A stretch of DNA of 64,000 bases from Bdellovibrionia bacterium (GTDB lineage: Bacteria > Bdellovibrionota > UBA1018). This document shows, one piece after another, positions 54,631 to 64,000 of this stretch. Location of the stretch: NCBI GenBank assembly GCA_040399745.1, contig JBBARP010000008.1:90079-154078 (forward strand). The letters run 5' to 3'. The position numbers were made by a program, and so were the translations under genes. The notes below the pieces were generated by a model that had not been told where the DNA came from, searched no databases, and saw only the letters and a list, made by a program, of their open reading frames with translations. Numbering within the stretch: position 1 is the stretch's first letter; each line of letters begins with the position of its first letter.

Positions 54631-55947
54631 ATGAAAAAATCCCACTTGGGACTGTCCGTCCTAGCTACGGCTCTGAGCGCTCCCCTGGCTCTGGGCGCAG
54701 GTTTCGAAAAGAACATCACTTTCTCGGGCAAGAACGCCGGTAAAGCAGGCACCGCTGTGGCCGACACCTCGGGCGCAGAAGCTCTTTACTTCAACCCGGC
54801 AGGTTTGGGCGGCGCAAAAGGCATCCAAATCAGCGCTAACTTCTCGCCCACCTGGGGCCACTACGAAGGCCCGGTTCGCGGGATTCTCTCTACCGATGGC
54901 AGCACTAAGACTTACGGTGGCGCTTCAGCACTCGACACCGAGACCGGCGACACCATGATGTCACCCGTATTCGGCGCATTGGCGAGCTACGGCCTGACCG
55001 ATAGCCTCAGCGTCGGCGCCGGCGTTTACGTCAGCGGTGGTTCGAAAGCCATGTACGAGAATATCCAGATGAAGGGTTCTGCTACCAATGGCGACCTGCT
55101 GGAAAAGACCACGATCAAAACCGATCTTTCGATCGTCGAATACGCGGCAGGCGTGGGTTACACCGTGATGCCGGGCCTGAAGTTGGGCGCCGCAATCCGC
55201 ATGGTCAACGTGGCTGGCGATTTCTGGTCGGTCGCAGGTGCCGGGGCGAACACGCAAGTCGTTGTTAAGCTCTCAGACCTGAAGAAATCAGAGCTTGGCT
55301 ACAAACTTGGCGCACAATACGAGGGTACTGGCTGGGGTGTCGGCTTGAGCTATCGCTTGGCCACTGACTTCACGGCAGAAGGAACGGTTGCGGCTCGCAC
55401 GCAAAGCACGAGTGCAGCCGCTAACACCGACGCTACCGTCGACAACAACGGCGCAGCGACTTTGTCATCCACTCTTCCGCAGCAAGTGGTGATCGGTGGC
55501 TACTACGACGTGATGAGTGATCTGCGTTTGCTCGGCCAAGTCGACTGGACCGAGTACAGCAAAAACCAGCAATTGGTTTACACGGGCTCATTCACTGCCT
55601 TGACTCAACCCACCAACCTCGCAACCAAGCCCACCTACTTGGGCTGGTCGAACCAGTCGGTTTACCGCTTGGGCGGTGAATTCTCAGGCTGGTCGTTTGC
55701 TAAGATCCGCGCGGGTTACGCTTACACCACGCAGGTCACCAACAGCAGCTTCGCATCGCCGACGCTCGCTGCTCCGGGCACTGCCAACACCTTCACCTTG
55801 GGCTTGGGTAAGTCCTTCGGCGAAGGCATCGAAGCCAACTTGGCTGTCGAATCGTCCAAGACCACGGGTACCGGCGCTGGCCTGACCACCGGCGACTACG
55901 CAACTGCCGGCACGATCGCTCACTTGGGCTTTAACTACAGCTTCTAA
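54631..55947 (+). CDS. OmpP1/FadL-family outer-membrane transporter
   Basis: Signal peptide then AGF, ALYFNPAGL hatch motif, beta-strands, terminal YSF. Confidence 0.85.
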   Translation: MKKSHLGLSVLATALSAPLALGAGFEKNITFSGKNAGKAGTAVADTSGAEALYFNPAGLGGAKGIQISANFSPTWGHYEGPVRGILSTDGSTKTYGGASALDTETGDTMMSPVFGALASYGLTDSLSVGAGVYVSGGSKAMYENIQMKGSATNGDLLEKTTIKTDLSIVEYAAGVGYTVMPGLKLGAAIRMVNVAGDFWSVAGAGANTQVVVKLSDLKKSELGYKLGAQYEGTGWGVGLSYRLATDFTAEGTVAARTQSTSAAANTDATVDNNGAATLSSTLPQQVVIGGYYDVMSDLRLLGQVDWTEYSKNQQLVYTGSFTALTQPTNLATKPTYLGWSNQSVYRLGGEFSGWSFAKIRAGYAYTTQVTNSSFASPTLAAPGTANTFTLGLGKSFGEGIEANLAVESSKTTGTGAGLTTGDYATAGTIAHLGFNYSF

Positions 55948-55983
55948 TCCGTAGCTTCTCAATAGAAGCTGCTGAAAGAGCTT

Positions 55984-56028
55984 AAAAATAGGCCGGGCTT
56001 CCCGATGGGGAGTCCGGCCTTTTTATTT
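55984..56028. terminator. Bidirectional intrinsic terminator
   Basis: AAAAAT-AGGCCGGGCTTCCC-GAT-GGGGAGTCCGGCCT-TTTTATTT between convergent genes. Confidence 0.85.
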
Positions 56029-56037
56029 GTGCTTGGT

Positions 56038-56817
56038 TTATCGCAGCCGCGCAACCGCGGCTTGGGCCAAAGCTTCACGCACTAGCGCGCTTTCCGCTAA
56101 AGCGCTCCCCATTCGAAAAGTGACGTGGGGGCTTTGCGTCTTCACTTCTTCGAGAAGCAGCGGAAGGTCGTGCGCGACGTGTCCGCCCGAAGAAAGAAAA
56201 ACCGGAATCACTTCGATCGAAGTCACCGACGGATGGCTTTTGATCAGCGCCGCGGCCGCTTCACTGAGCGTGGGCTTTGCGAACTCCATCCACGCCAATT
56301 CCCATGCGGTTTCCCGGGCGTGACGCCTGCTGCTTTCGAGAAGCCGCTGAAAAGGTTCCTGCCAGCGCGGGTCGCGGCTTCCGTGGCCTAAAAGCAGAGC
56401 ACCTTGAGTGGGTGCGCTCAAGGGGGTGGTCTGTGAATGCGCATGGGCCGGAATGAAAATCAGTTCGAGCGCGTTTTGATCGGGGTCGCGAAAATAAAAG
56501 CCGTAGCTTCCGTCGCGATGCAGTTTGGGTTTCCCCACCGAGAGCCCGCTTTGGCTCAATCGGCTGTGGGCTGCGTCCACTTCTTTTGGGGTTTCGACAA
56601 CAACGCCCAAGTGGCCGGGGTGGGTTCCGCCCGTGTCACTCTGGGGCGGAAGGTTTGCGACGCGGATCAGGCTCAGGGTGGTGCCGGATTGGCTCACCAT
56701 CACCCAATCCGCGTCGGAAACGTGATAGGGCGAAAAGCCCAGGACATCGCAATAGAAACTCAACGAACGTTGAAGATCTGTAACCGGCAAAGCGGCATGG
56801 CGAAGGCCCAGAGACAT
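56038..56817 (-). CDS. Fusion of VOC/glyoxalase domain and CbiX/SirB-type chelatase domain
   Basis: N-half LRHAALPVTDL..FYCDVLGF..FYFRDPDQNALEL; C-half LLGHGSRDPRW..MEFAKPTL..PVFLSSGGHVAHDLP. Confidence 0.82.
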   Translation of the reverse strand: MSLGLRHAALPVTDLQRSLSFYCDVLGFSPYHVSDADWVMVSQSGTTLSLIRVANLPPQSDTGGTHPGHLGVVVETPKEVDAAHSRLSQSGLSVGKPKLHRDGSYGFYFRDPDQNALELIFIPAHAHSQTTPLSAPTQGALLLGHGSRDPRWQEPFQRLLESSRRHARETAWELAWMEFAKPTLSEAAAALIKSHPSVTSIEVIPVFLSSGGHVAHDLPLLLEEVKTQSPHVTFRMGSALAESALVREALAQAAVARLR

Positions 56818-56853
56818 CTCGTCCTCGCTTTCTAATGAAGAGAAAGCGCGAGA

Positions 56854-57015
56854 TCAGTGAGCAGCAGCCGGGCTGGCTTCAGCGGCCGGAGCAGCGGGGC
56901 TAGCTTCAGCAGCCGGAGCGGCCGGAGCAGCAGCGGGTTCTTCAGCTTTTTTGGTGCAAGCCGAGAGGCTGGCGAGGGCGATGAGGGCGAAACCGGCAAC
57001 GATCAACTTCTTCAT
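56854..57015 (-). CDS. Small Ala/Pro-rich lipoprotein (53 aa)
   Basis: MKKLIVAGFALIALASLSAC lipobox, AAGGA SD, repeated PAAEASPAA. Confidence 0.8.
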   Translation of the reverse strand: MKKLIVAGFALIALASLSACTKKAEEPAAAPAAPAAEASPAAPAAEASPAAAH

Positions 57016-57112
57016 TTGGATGTTCCTTGCTTTGAGGCAATTAGCCTCGGGTTGTTTAAAAAACCGCTTCTCCTGCGGGGAAACCCTTGGGGTGTGCGGT
57101 AGGCCATGTTTT

Positions 57113-57166
57113 GAACCGGAGTGCGCCAAAAAGAAAGTGCCGATCCAAATTGGCGCACTCCGGTTC
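57113..57166. repeat. Perfect 17-bp inverted repeat with 20-nt spacer
   Basis: GAACCGGAGTGCGCCAA (57113-57129) / TTGGCGCACTCCGGTTC (57150-57166). Confidence 0.9.
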
Positions 57167-57344
57167 CAGGCTTCACTCGGAATCAAGGTGCAGATGCCGG
57201 AGGTGACCGAGTTAAGCGCAGGGCGTCGAATTTCCTCAAAATTACCGGTTTTGGCAAGAAAATCCTAGCGTAAAGTTTAAGGCTTCTTGAACTCTGTTTA
57301 GTTTAAAAATTGCTTTAATTTCAGAATATTGAATCAGGCTGTGC

Positions 57345-57379
57345 TTGAAAAGAAACAACTGTTCAATTAGGTTTGAACG
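57345..57379 (+). promoter_or_regulatory. Sigma70-type promoter, probably leaderless, with overlapping palindrome
   Basis: TTGAAA-17-TAGGTT-6 nt-ATG; GTTCAA-N6-TTGAAC at 57361-57378. Confidence 0.55.
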
Positions 57380-58336
57380 ATGGAGTGGTTAGTTCCAGCG
57401 CGCATTGCCCAGGCCCTTCAAGGCATGGATTTCGGTCTCCCCGAGCAGGATGTGGTGCCGGAAATCCCCGCACTCCTGAATAGAACCGTTTTAATGGGCG
57501 GCAAGCGCATGCGCCCGGCTCTTTGCCTGATGATGGGGGGCGTTTTCGGGCTCGACCTGGAAAAGGTGAAGCCTTTCGCCCGGGCCATTGAGCTCACGCA
57601 TGCGGCCTCCTTGGCTCATGACGACGTCATTGACGAGGCCTTGCTGCGTCGGCAGCGCCAGACCCTGAATGCCGCTGCTTCCAACGTGCGGGCGGTATTG
57701 GCGGGGGATCTGCTTCTGGCCCGCGTGATGGCTGAAGTTTCGCGCCTTGGACCTTTGAAGGTCATTGAAGATTTGGCGGGCTCGGTTGAGGACCTCGTTC
57801 GCGGCGAATGGCTCCAGGACGGCCTTCGCGGCCAAGTGACGGTCGATCGCGAAGTCTTAGATCAAGTGGCGCTTCTGAAAACCGGAAGTCTGCTTCGATT
57901 CTGTGCGGTGGCTCCGGCCCGGCTGGCGGGGGCTTCTGAATCTCAGGTTCAGGCCTGTGCTCGCTTGGGAGAGGCCATTGGCTTGGCTTTCCAGTGGGTC
58001 GACGATGTTCTCGACTTTGATGCGCATTCAGGAAAGCGTCCCAGTCAGGATTTGCAGGCCGGGCTTCTGAATTCGGTCACCGTGGAAATGCTCCGTGAAG
58101 ATCCCAGCCTGGTGATCGGCCTTGGGCAGATTTTGGGTCGTGAACGCCCCAGCTTTGAGTGGCCCTGGTCGGTTGATCAGCTGGCTCAGGCGCAAGATCG
58201 GGTTCGAAACCGGGCTGCAGACGTCCTGCAGGACGCTTCCCGTCTCTTGAAAGAAGTGGTGGGGCCGAAGTCCGACCCCGAGTGTGTGGAAAGTTTTCAG
58301 CAGTTCTTCGTGCTTTTGGCCAACCGCGCGACTTGA
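57380..58336 (+). CDS. Trans-polyprenyl diphosphate synthase (IspB/HepT-like)
   Basis: GGKRMRP, first DDxxD (HDDVID) plus RR, KT, second DDxxD (FQWVDDVLD). Confidence 0.9.
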   Translation: MEWLVPARIAQALQGMDFGLPEQDVVPEIPALLNRTVLMGGKRMRPALCLMMGGVFGLDLEKVKPFARAIELTHAASLAHDDVIDEALLRRQRQTLNAAASNVRAVLAGDLLLARVMAEVSRLGPLKVIEDLAGSVEDLVRGEWLQDGLRGQVTVDREVLDQVALLKTGSLLRFCAVAPARLAGASESQVQACARLGEAIGLAFQWVDDVLDFDAHSGKRPSQDLQAGLLNSVTVEMLREDPSLVIGLGQILGRERPSFEWPWSVDQLAQAQDRVRNRAADVLQDASRLLKEVVGPKSDPECVESFQQFFVLLANRAT

Positions 58337-58396
58337 GGCCTTTGGCCTGCTGCGCTAAGGTCTCCAGCAATCCCCGTAACCCCCCAAGGAGCAAGC

Positions 58397-59080
58397 ATGA
58401 CTTCGGTCGGTAAGAAGTTCGTGATGGCGCTGACTGGGTTGGCGCTCACGTTTTTCGTGATCACCCACCTTGCAGGCAATCTGCAATTATTCCTTCCTCA
58501 CGGCGACGCTTTCAATCGCTACGCGGAAGGCCTGGCGTCGCTCGGCCCGATTCTTTACGTGGCCGAGGTGGGACTCTTGGCGTTCATCCTCTTTCACGCG
58601 GTGAGCGGAATCCTGCTGAAGCTCGATCACGCTGCGGCCCGCGGTGGAGTGGGCTACTCGCGGTTTAAATCCAAAGGAAAGCCAAGCCGTCATAGCACTT
58701 CCACGCGCTCGATGATCATCACGGGCGTGATCCTGCTGGTCTTCATTATCCTTCACATCGCTCAGTTCAAATTCGGTCCGGGCGTAGCGGAAGGTTATGT
58801 GGCCACAGTTGACGGAAAAGAAGTGCGCGACCTGCACCGGTTGGTGGTGGAAACTTTCCGCCAGCCCATCTGGGCCGTCGGCTACATGGGTGTGATGGTG
58901 CTTTTGGGCCTTCACCTGCGCCACGGCTTCTGGAGCGCTTTTCAGAGTTTGGGGCTTCTTAGCCCGCGCCTCTCGGGTGTGATTTCACTCGTCGGTGTGG
59001 TGCTAGCTGCGCTTTTGGCTGTCGGCTTTTTAGGAATTCCGCTCTGGATCCTGGTGGATCCGATGGGGGTGTACGGATGA
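58397..59080 (+). CDS. sdhC: Succinate dehydrogenase/fumarate reductase cytochrome b558 subunit
   Basis: [12 protein letters not shown], five TM segments, His ligands, [11 protein letters not shown]. Confidence 0.92.
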   Translation: MTSVGKKFVMALTGLALTFFVITHLAGNLQLFLPHGDAFNRYAEGLASLGPILYVAEVGLLAFILFHAVSGILLKLDHAAARGGVGYSRFKSKGKPSRHSTSTRSMIITGVILLVFIILHIAQFKFGPGVAEGYVATVDGKEVRDLHRLVVETFRQPIWAVGYMGVMVLLGLHLRHGFWSAFQSLGLLSPRLSGVISLVGVVLAALLAVGFLGIPLWILVDPMGVYG

Positions 59081-61005
59081 GCTCGATCAATTTGAATTCA
59101 AATTCGCCCAGTGGACCGCTCGATACCAAGTGGTCGCGCCATAAAGGCGAGATGAAACTGGTGAACCCGGCTAACCGCCGCAAGCACACCGTCATCGTGG
59201 TGGGTACGGGGCTGGCGGGATCTTCGGCTGCCGCAACCTTGGGTGAGCTGGGCTACAACGTGAAGAGCTTCTGCATTCACGAGTCGGCCCGCCGCGCGCA
59301 CTCGATCGCAGCTCAAGGCGGAATCAACGCCGCTAAAGCTTACTCGGTCGACGGTGACTCGGTTCATCGCCTGTTTTACGACACCATCAAAGGCGGTGAC
59401 TTCCGCGCACGTGAATCGAACGTGCATCGCTTGGCCGAAGTATCGACTTCGATCATCGATCAATGCGTCGCTCAAGGCGTGCCCTTTGCCCGAGAATACT
59501 CGGGTGAGTTGGCCAACCGCTCGTTCGGCGGAACGCAAGTGTCGCGGACTTTCTATGCCCGCGGTCAAACCGGTCAGCAGCTTCTGCTGGGCGCTTATCA
59601 AGCTTTGATGCGCCAAGTGGATTCGGGTCGGGTGAAATTCTTCCCCCGCCGCGAAATGTTGGACTTGGTTTTGGTGAATGGAAAAGCTCGCGGGATCATC
59701 ACCCGGAACCTCGAAACCGGGGCTCTCGAGCGCCACGAAGCCGACGCGGTTTGCTTGGCCACTGGCGGCTACGGCCGGGTGTTCTTCTTGTCGACGAACG
59801 CCATGAATTCGAACGTGACGGCGGCATTCCGCGCCCATCGACGGGGAGCACTCTTTGCCAACCCCTGCTTCACGCAGATTCACCCGACCTGCATTCCGGT
59901 CTCCGGAACGCACCAGTCGAAACTCACGCTCATGTCCGAGTCGCTGCGAAACGACGGTCGTGTCTGGGTTCCGAAGAATCCTTCTGACCGCATGACCGAT
60001 CCTTCGAAAATTGCCGAAGCCGATCGGGATTATTATCTCGAGCGCCGTTACCCGTCGTTCGGGAACTTGGTTCCTCGCGACGTGGCTTCACGCGCTTCTA
60101 AATCGGTTTGCGATGAAGGCCGCGGCGTGGGTCAGTCGGGACTTTCGGTCTACCTGGATTTCCGCGACGCCATTCAGCGCGACGGCAAGCACGCGGTGGC
60201 CGAGAAGTACGGCAACTTGTTCCACATGTACCACGAGATCACCGACCAGGATCCTTACCAGGTTCCGATGCGGATCTTCCCGGCCGTGCACTACACGATG
60301 GGCGGCCTGTGGGTGGACTACAACTTGATGTCGAACATCCCAGGACTGCACGTTTTGGGAGAAGCGAACTTCTCGGATCACGGCGCGAACCGCTTGGGCG
60401 CTTCGGCTTTGATGCAAGGTCTGGCCGATGGTTACTTCGTGATCCCGTACACTCTGGCTCACTACATCGCGGGCACTTCGCTTGAGAAAGTGACCACCGA
60501 TCACCCTGCGTTTGCGGAAGCGGAAGCTTCGGTGCAAGCACAGATCAGCAAGCTGCTGACGGTAGGTGCCAAAGGTAAGCGCACGGTGACGGACTACTAC
60601 CGCACCGTGGGCAAGCTGATGTGGGACAACGTGGGCATGGCTCGGAACGAGTCGGGCTTGAAGTCGACGATTCAATCGCTCGATAACCTTCGCCACGAGT
60701 TCTGGGAAAACGTGCGTATTCCGCAGGACAGCACCTTCAACAAAGAGCTCGAAATGGCCGGCCGCGTGGCCGACTTCATGGAGCTCGGAAAGCTGATGGC
60801 CATCGACGCCTTGGACCGGCGCGAGAGCTGCGGCGGACACTTCCGCGAGGAAATGCAAACCGAAGAAGGCGAAGCCAAGCGGGACGACGAGAATTTCTCG
60901 CACGTTTCGGCTTACGAATATCAGGGCGCGGACAAGAGTCCGGTTCTGCATAAAGAGGCTCTCACCTTCGAGAATATTCACTTGGCGCAAAGGAGTTACA
61001 AATGA
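59077..61005 (+). CDS. sdhA: Succinate dehydrogenase/fumarate reductase flavoprotein
   Basis: [16 protein letters not shown] (covalent FAD His), HPT, HYTMGG, HGANRLG. Confidence 0.96.
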   Translation: MSSINLNSNSPSGPLDTKWSRHKGEMKLVNPANRRKHTVIVVGTGLAGSSAAATLGELGYNVKSFCIHESARRAHSIAAQGGINAAKAYSVDGDSVHRLFYDTIKGGDFRARESNVHRLAEVSTSIIDQCVAQGVPFAREYSGELANRSFGGTQVSRTFYARGQTGQQLLLGAYQALMRQVDSGRVKFFPRREMLDLVLVNGKARGIITRNLETGALERHEADAVCLATGGYGRVFFLSTNAMNSNVTAAFRAHRRGALFANPCFTQIHPTCIPVSGTHQSKLTLMSESLRNDGRVWVPKNPSDRMTDPSKIAEADRDYYLERRYPSFGNLVPRDVASRASKSVCDEGRGVGQSGLSVYLDFRDAIQRDGKHAVAEKYGNLFHMYHEITDQDPYQVPMRIFPAVHYTMGGLWVDYNLMSNIPGLHVLGEANFSDHGANRLGASALMQGLADGYFVIPYTLAHYIAGTSLEKVTTDHPAFAEAEASVQAQISKLLTVGAKGKRTVTDYYRTVGKLMWDNVGMARNESGLKSTIQSLDNLRHEFWENVRIPQDSTFNKELEMAGRVADFMELGKLMAIDALDRRESCGGHFREEMQTEEGEAKRDDENFSHVSAYEYQGADKSPVLHKEALTFENIHLAQRSYK

Positions 61006-61766
61006 ACCTCACGCTGGTGGTTTGGCGTCAGAAGGGCCCGAAGGACAAGGGCGGGTTCAAGACCTATCAAGCAAAGGACGTCCTTCCGGATATGTCCTTC
61101 TTGGAAATGCTCGATTTCGTGAACGAGGATTTGCTGAAGCACGGCGAAGATCCGATCGAATTCGACAGCGATTGCCGAGAAGGCATCTGCGGAAGCTGCG
61201 GGATGATCATCAACGGTCAAGCGCACGGTCCGCTTCAGGGCGTGGCGACTTGTCAGCTCTACATGCGGCATTTCGCCGACGGCGCCACGATTTCCATGGA
61301 GCCCTGGCGCGCCAAAGGCTTCCCGGTCGTGAAGGACTTGGTGGTCAATCGCAGCGCGTTTGACCGCATCATCCAGGCCGGTGGTTACACTTCGGCCAAA
61401 ACTGGCAAGCACGCTGAAGGCAACGCCATTCTGGTGTCCAAAGACCAGCAAGAAGCTGCCATGGACAACGCAGCTTGCATTGGCTGCGGCGCCTGCGTGG
61501 CCGCTTGTCCGAACGCTTCGGCTTCGCTGTTTACGGCAGCCAAGATCACGCACCTTTCCTTGCTCCCGCAAGGTCAGGTGGAACGCTCGCGCCGCGTGAA
61601 ACGCATGGTCGAGCGCATGGACTTGGAAGGATTCGGCAACTGCTCGAACATCGGTGAATGTAGCGCCGCGTGTCCGAAGAAGATTTCGATCCAAGCCATC
61701 GCTACGATGAAGAGCGAGTACCGCGCAGCGCTCGTCACGGGCGAGCGCGAGATGAAAGACGAATAA
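61002..61766 (+). CDS. sdhB: Succinate dehydrogenase/fumarate reductase iron-sulfur subunit
   Basis: [33 protein letters not shown] clusters. Confidence 0.96.
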   Translation: MNLTLVVWRQKGPKDKGGFKTYQAKDVLPDMSFLEMLDFVNEDLLKHGEDPIEFDSDCREGICGSCGMIINGQAHGPLQGVATCQLYMRHFADGATISMEPWRAKGFPVVKDLVVNRSAFDRIIQAGGYTSAKTGKHAEGNAILVSKDQQEAAMDNAACIGCGACVAACPNASASLFTAAKITHLSLLPQGQVERSRRVKRMVERMDLEGFGNCSNIGECSAACPKKISIQAIATMKSEYRAALVTGEREMKDE

Positions 61767-61791
61767 CAGTCCGATCAAAGCAATCGAAAAC

Positions 61792-61832
61792 GGGCCCCTT
61801 CGTCAGTCGTTGACGAGGGGGCTTATTTTTTT
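61792..61832 (+). terminator. Intrinsic terminator after sdhB
   Basis: GGGCCCCTTCGTCA-GTCGT-TGACGAGGGGGCTT followed by a T run. Confidence 0.85.
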
Positions 61833-63088
61833 GGAGCAGCCGCGGGTGCAAATGCGCCAAGGCTTGCTTGCTTCAGCGCTTCGCAGGTTTCTTTGCGGGG
61901 ATTGTGGAGTGGGAGTTTTCGCTCCGCCCATTCGCGTAAAAGCGGAGTGGTCAGATGCTCGATTCCGCCCAAGCCCGTTTCAAAGGCAAAGACTCCGGGC
62001 GTGGGTGAGAGCGACCAGTTTTCAGGTTGCTCGTCGGGCCGCTTGAGTCCCAGGCCTTGAGCCAAGTAGCGAAGGCCTGCAGTTCGGTAAGCGTTCTCGG
62101 CTTCGATATCCCCGCGCTCGCTCGAACTATCGGGTGCGTTCTCGCCGAGGTGCTCTTTTCGATCCGAGTAATACTGAGCGTGTGCTTTTTTCGTCTCTGC
62201 AAGGAGGCTTGCGTAGCTCTTTGGATGCGATGCCTTTCGAATCCCTTCCGGAAGGAAGCTCTCCAGCTCGGTCATGCACCGCGGGTTGGTTTGCAAGGTG
62301 GCGAGCAGCGCGAACCGATAGTTTCGAAAGTTCGGAGACTGCACGAGCAGTTTTGCCACGCGGTCGAAATTCGCCATACCCAAGGTGATGCTGAATTCCG
62401 TGTTGGTGGTAGGAGGGCCTTCTTGGAAGAAGAGTGCTGTTCCAAGGGTCTGCGTCCTGGGCTCTTTCCGGGAATCGATTTTCGTAATCAAGGCGTCTTT
62501 AGCGATTCCTTCTTTGGACTCGGGCTGGGTTTCATCGTCGTTGCTTTTGAAGGCTCCCGGCCACAGGCGGTAACTGTGCCAAAGCGGATGCCCTTGGTGG
62601 CACTGAGTACAAGAGTGGGCGTCTGATCCGCTGCCAGCCGAGCGGAAGGTTCCCGGGGCTTTTCCACTGGGGTCGAACTGAATTTCGGCAAAGTCCCAGC
62701 GACGAGTCACTGGATTTTGTTGGATCAGTTCGACGGTGTGGAATTGTTGACTCTTGGGAAGCGTGGCGAAGGCCAGAAGGAAGCGCCCGTTACTGGAGCG
62801 CAGAAGAAAACGAGGATGCTCCATTGAGGCCTGGTGGCGGCTCTTGCTTTGGTAAATCGCTACCCAGCTCTGAAAAAGAGCATCGCGGTCTTCAGAAGAA
62901 AGCGCGGTGCGCGCCGGGTCCTTGAGCTGCTCTAAAAGTGCTTCGACGCTGGTCGGGGCATGACGCTCCAGCAGTTCCTGGATCAGGGGGAAGTCCAGAG
63001 TGCGAGCAGAAGGAGAAGCCCCAGTCAGGGCCGGGGTCGAAAGGCCTAAAAAAACGAGGGAAGCATTCAGGATAGGATTCAACTTCAT
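61823..63088 (-). CDS. Hypothetical secreted protein with one CxxCH heme-c motif
   Basis: ATG 63088 gives a signal peptide; CTQCH followed by PLWHSYRLWPGAF. Confidence 0.65.
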   Translation of the reverse strand: MKLNPILNASLVFLGLSTPALTGASPSARTLDFPLIQELLERHAPTSVEALLEQLKDPARTALSSEDRDALFQSWVAIYQSKSRHQASMEHPRFLLRSSNGRFLLAFATLPKSQQFHTVELIQQNPVTRRWDFAEIQFDPSGKAPGTFRSAGSGSDAHSCTQCHQGHPLWHSYRLWPGAFKSNDDETQPESKEGIAKDALITKIDSRKEPRTQTLGTALFFQEGPPTTNTEFSITLGMANFDRVAKLLVQSPNFRNYRFALLATLQTNPRCMTELESFLPEGIRKASHPKSYASLLAETKKAHAQYYSDRKEHLGENAPDSSSERGDIEAENAYRTAGLRYLAQGLGLKRPDEQPENWSLSPTPGVFAFETGLGGIEHLTTPLLREWAERKLPLHNPRKETCEALKQASLGAFAPAAAPKK

Positions 63089-63247
63089 TTGTAGATCCCG
63101 AAAGGCGAAAGCCGAAGCGGGAGAAGGGGGGTACCGGGATTTAGGCCCAGAATCAAGGAGGATCGGCCGAGAGGGTGGGTAAGCGTTGGATCTCCGGGTA
63201 ATTTTTACCCCCTGGAAGGGTATTTTCAGGCTTCGTATTCTGGAAAG

Positions 63248-64000
63248 ATGCGGGGAGTGTGGGTTCTTCATGCAGTCGGGCTCGTCATTCTGTCCGGACT
63301 GGGGGGTGTGACCTCGGCCTGGGCGCTCGACGATCGCAGGAGTCCCGGAACCCCGAATGAGAGTTCGATGGAGCGTGCTTATCGTCGGGCAGTCGAGGTC
63401 GAAATTGAAACGCAGCGGAATCCCGGTCCGGGAAGCCAGCGCACGGTTCAAAGAAAGATTGAAGCCGCGATCCCAGATCAACCTTCCAAGCGCTTGGAAG
63501 TGGGCCTGGGGTTGATCTTCTTGGACTCACTTCGCTCGGGGCGCGAAGCAGCCAACGGGACGACTTCCTCGCTGCCGATGCGCCCCCTGCTCAGCTTAAA
63601 TGGGGCTCGGTTGATTTCGGACGAATGGTGGTTGGGCGTCATCCTAGCCTATCAGCCTCTGCAGGCTCAGTCGGAAGACGGGTTTGCTTCGAGTCGCACA
63701 ACGGTTCTTCAGACCTACTTGGGGACGGATTGGGCCGGATGGGATTTTCGGGGTGGGCTGGGGATTCTGTCCTATTCGGTGAGTGGCGAGGGTGGGACAA
63801 CCACTCAGTCAAACGGCGACGCGACCTCGACGTTTGCTTTGCCCAGTACGGCGGTCACTTCTCGGTTGCTTCTTCTGACTTTCGGGACGGGAAAGCGCGT
63901 TGGGAAGTGGGTGGCGAATCTCGACGCTCAGCTCAGTAATCCGCTATCCGGGAAGCGCGCGGCCGATCTTCTTTTCACCGTGGGAGTGGATTTCTGGTGA
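63248..64000 (+). CDS. Putative small outer-membrane beta-barrel protein
   Basis: Signal peptide ending AWA, amphipathic strands, C-terminal VGVDFW; stop at 63998-64000. Confidence 0.65.
   Translation: MRGVWVLHAVGLVILSGLGGVTSAWALDDRRSPGTPNESSMERAYRRAVEVEIETQRNPGPGSQRTVQRKIEAAIPDQPSKRLEVGLGLIFLDSLRSGREAANGTTSSLPMRPLLSLNGARLISDEWWLGVILAYQPLQAQSEDGFASSRTTVLQTYLGTDWAGWDFRGGLGILSYSVSGEGGTTTQSNGDATSTFALPSTAVTSRLLLLTFGTGKRVGKWVANLDAQLSNPLSGKRAADLLFTVGVDFW

Noticed and set aside
63089-63481. N-terminal extension of the 552-aa minus-strand ORF
   Set aside because: Overlaps the divergent barrel gene; a signal peptide starts at ATG 63088
1-64000. CRISPR array, transposase, prophage or rRNA
   Set aside because: No regularly spaced repeats or matching proteins seen; repeats found are coding low-complexity tracts or single hairpins

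Overview
Bacterial chromosomal window, most likely Bdellovibrionota/Oligoflexia-like (inferred from the flagellar proteins, three-subunit SdhCAB and lineage-typical secreted proteins). Bases 1-23217 hold one co-directional flagellar cluster: fliE(3' end)-fliFGHIJ-motE/ylxF-like-fliK-flgD-TIGR02530-like gene-flgE-fliLMN-fliOPQR-flhBAFG-fliA, with no motAB. The remainder is mixed housekeeping and accessory genes: PilZ protein, beta-barrel/lipoprotein pair, coaE, mazG, ybeY, prfB with a programmed +1 frameshift, menA, tRNA-Asp, a GT87 glycosyltransferase, two XRE regulators, nth, peptidases, two ABC systems, alkB, ade, a FadL-like porin, a polyprenyl synthase and sdhCAB. I saw no integrase, transposase or CRISPR array. 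The strongest candidate for a new system is the TIGR02530-like gene, which has a DUF4258/BECR nuclease-like signature, together with the structured flgE leader and a 13-nt direct repeat bracketing flgE; this suggests a flagellar mRNA-processing module but is inference only. Other leads are a VOC-CbiX fusion, an immunity-like domain fused to PhnA, an orphan Xre/MbcA antitoxin, a GEMM-like intergenic RNA, an unannotated small lipoprotein and apparently widespread leaderless transcription. All family assignments are from motif recognition by eye, not database searches.
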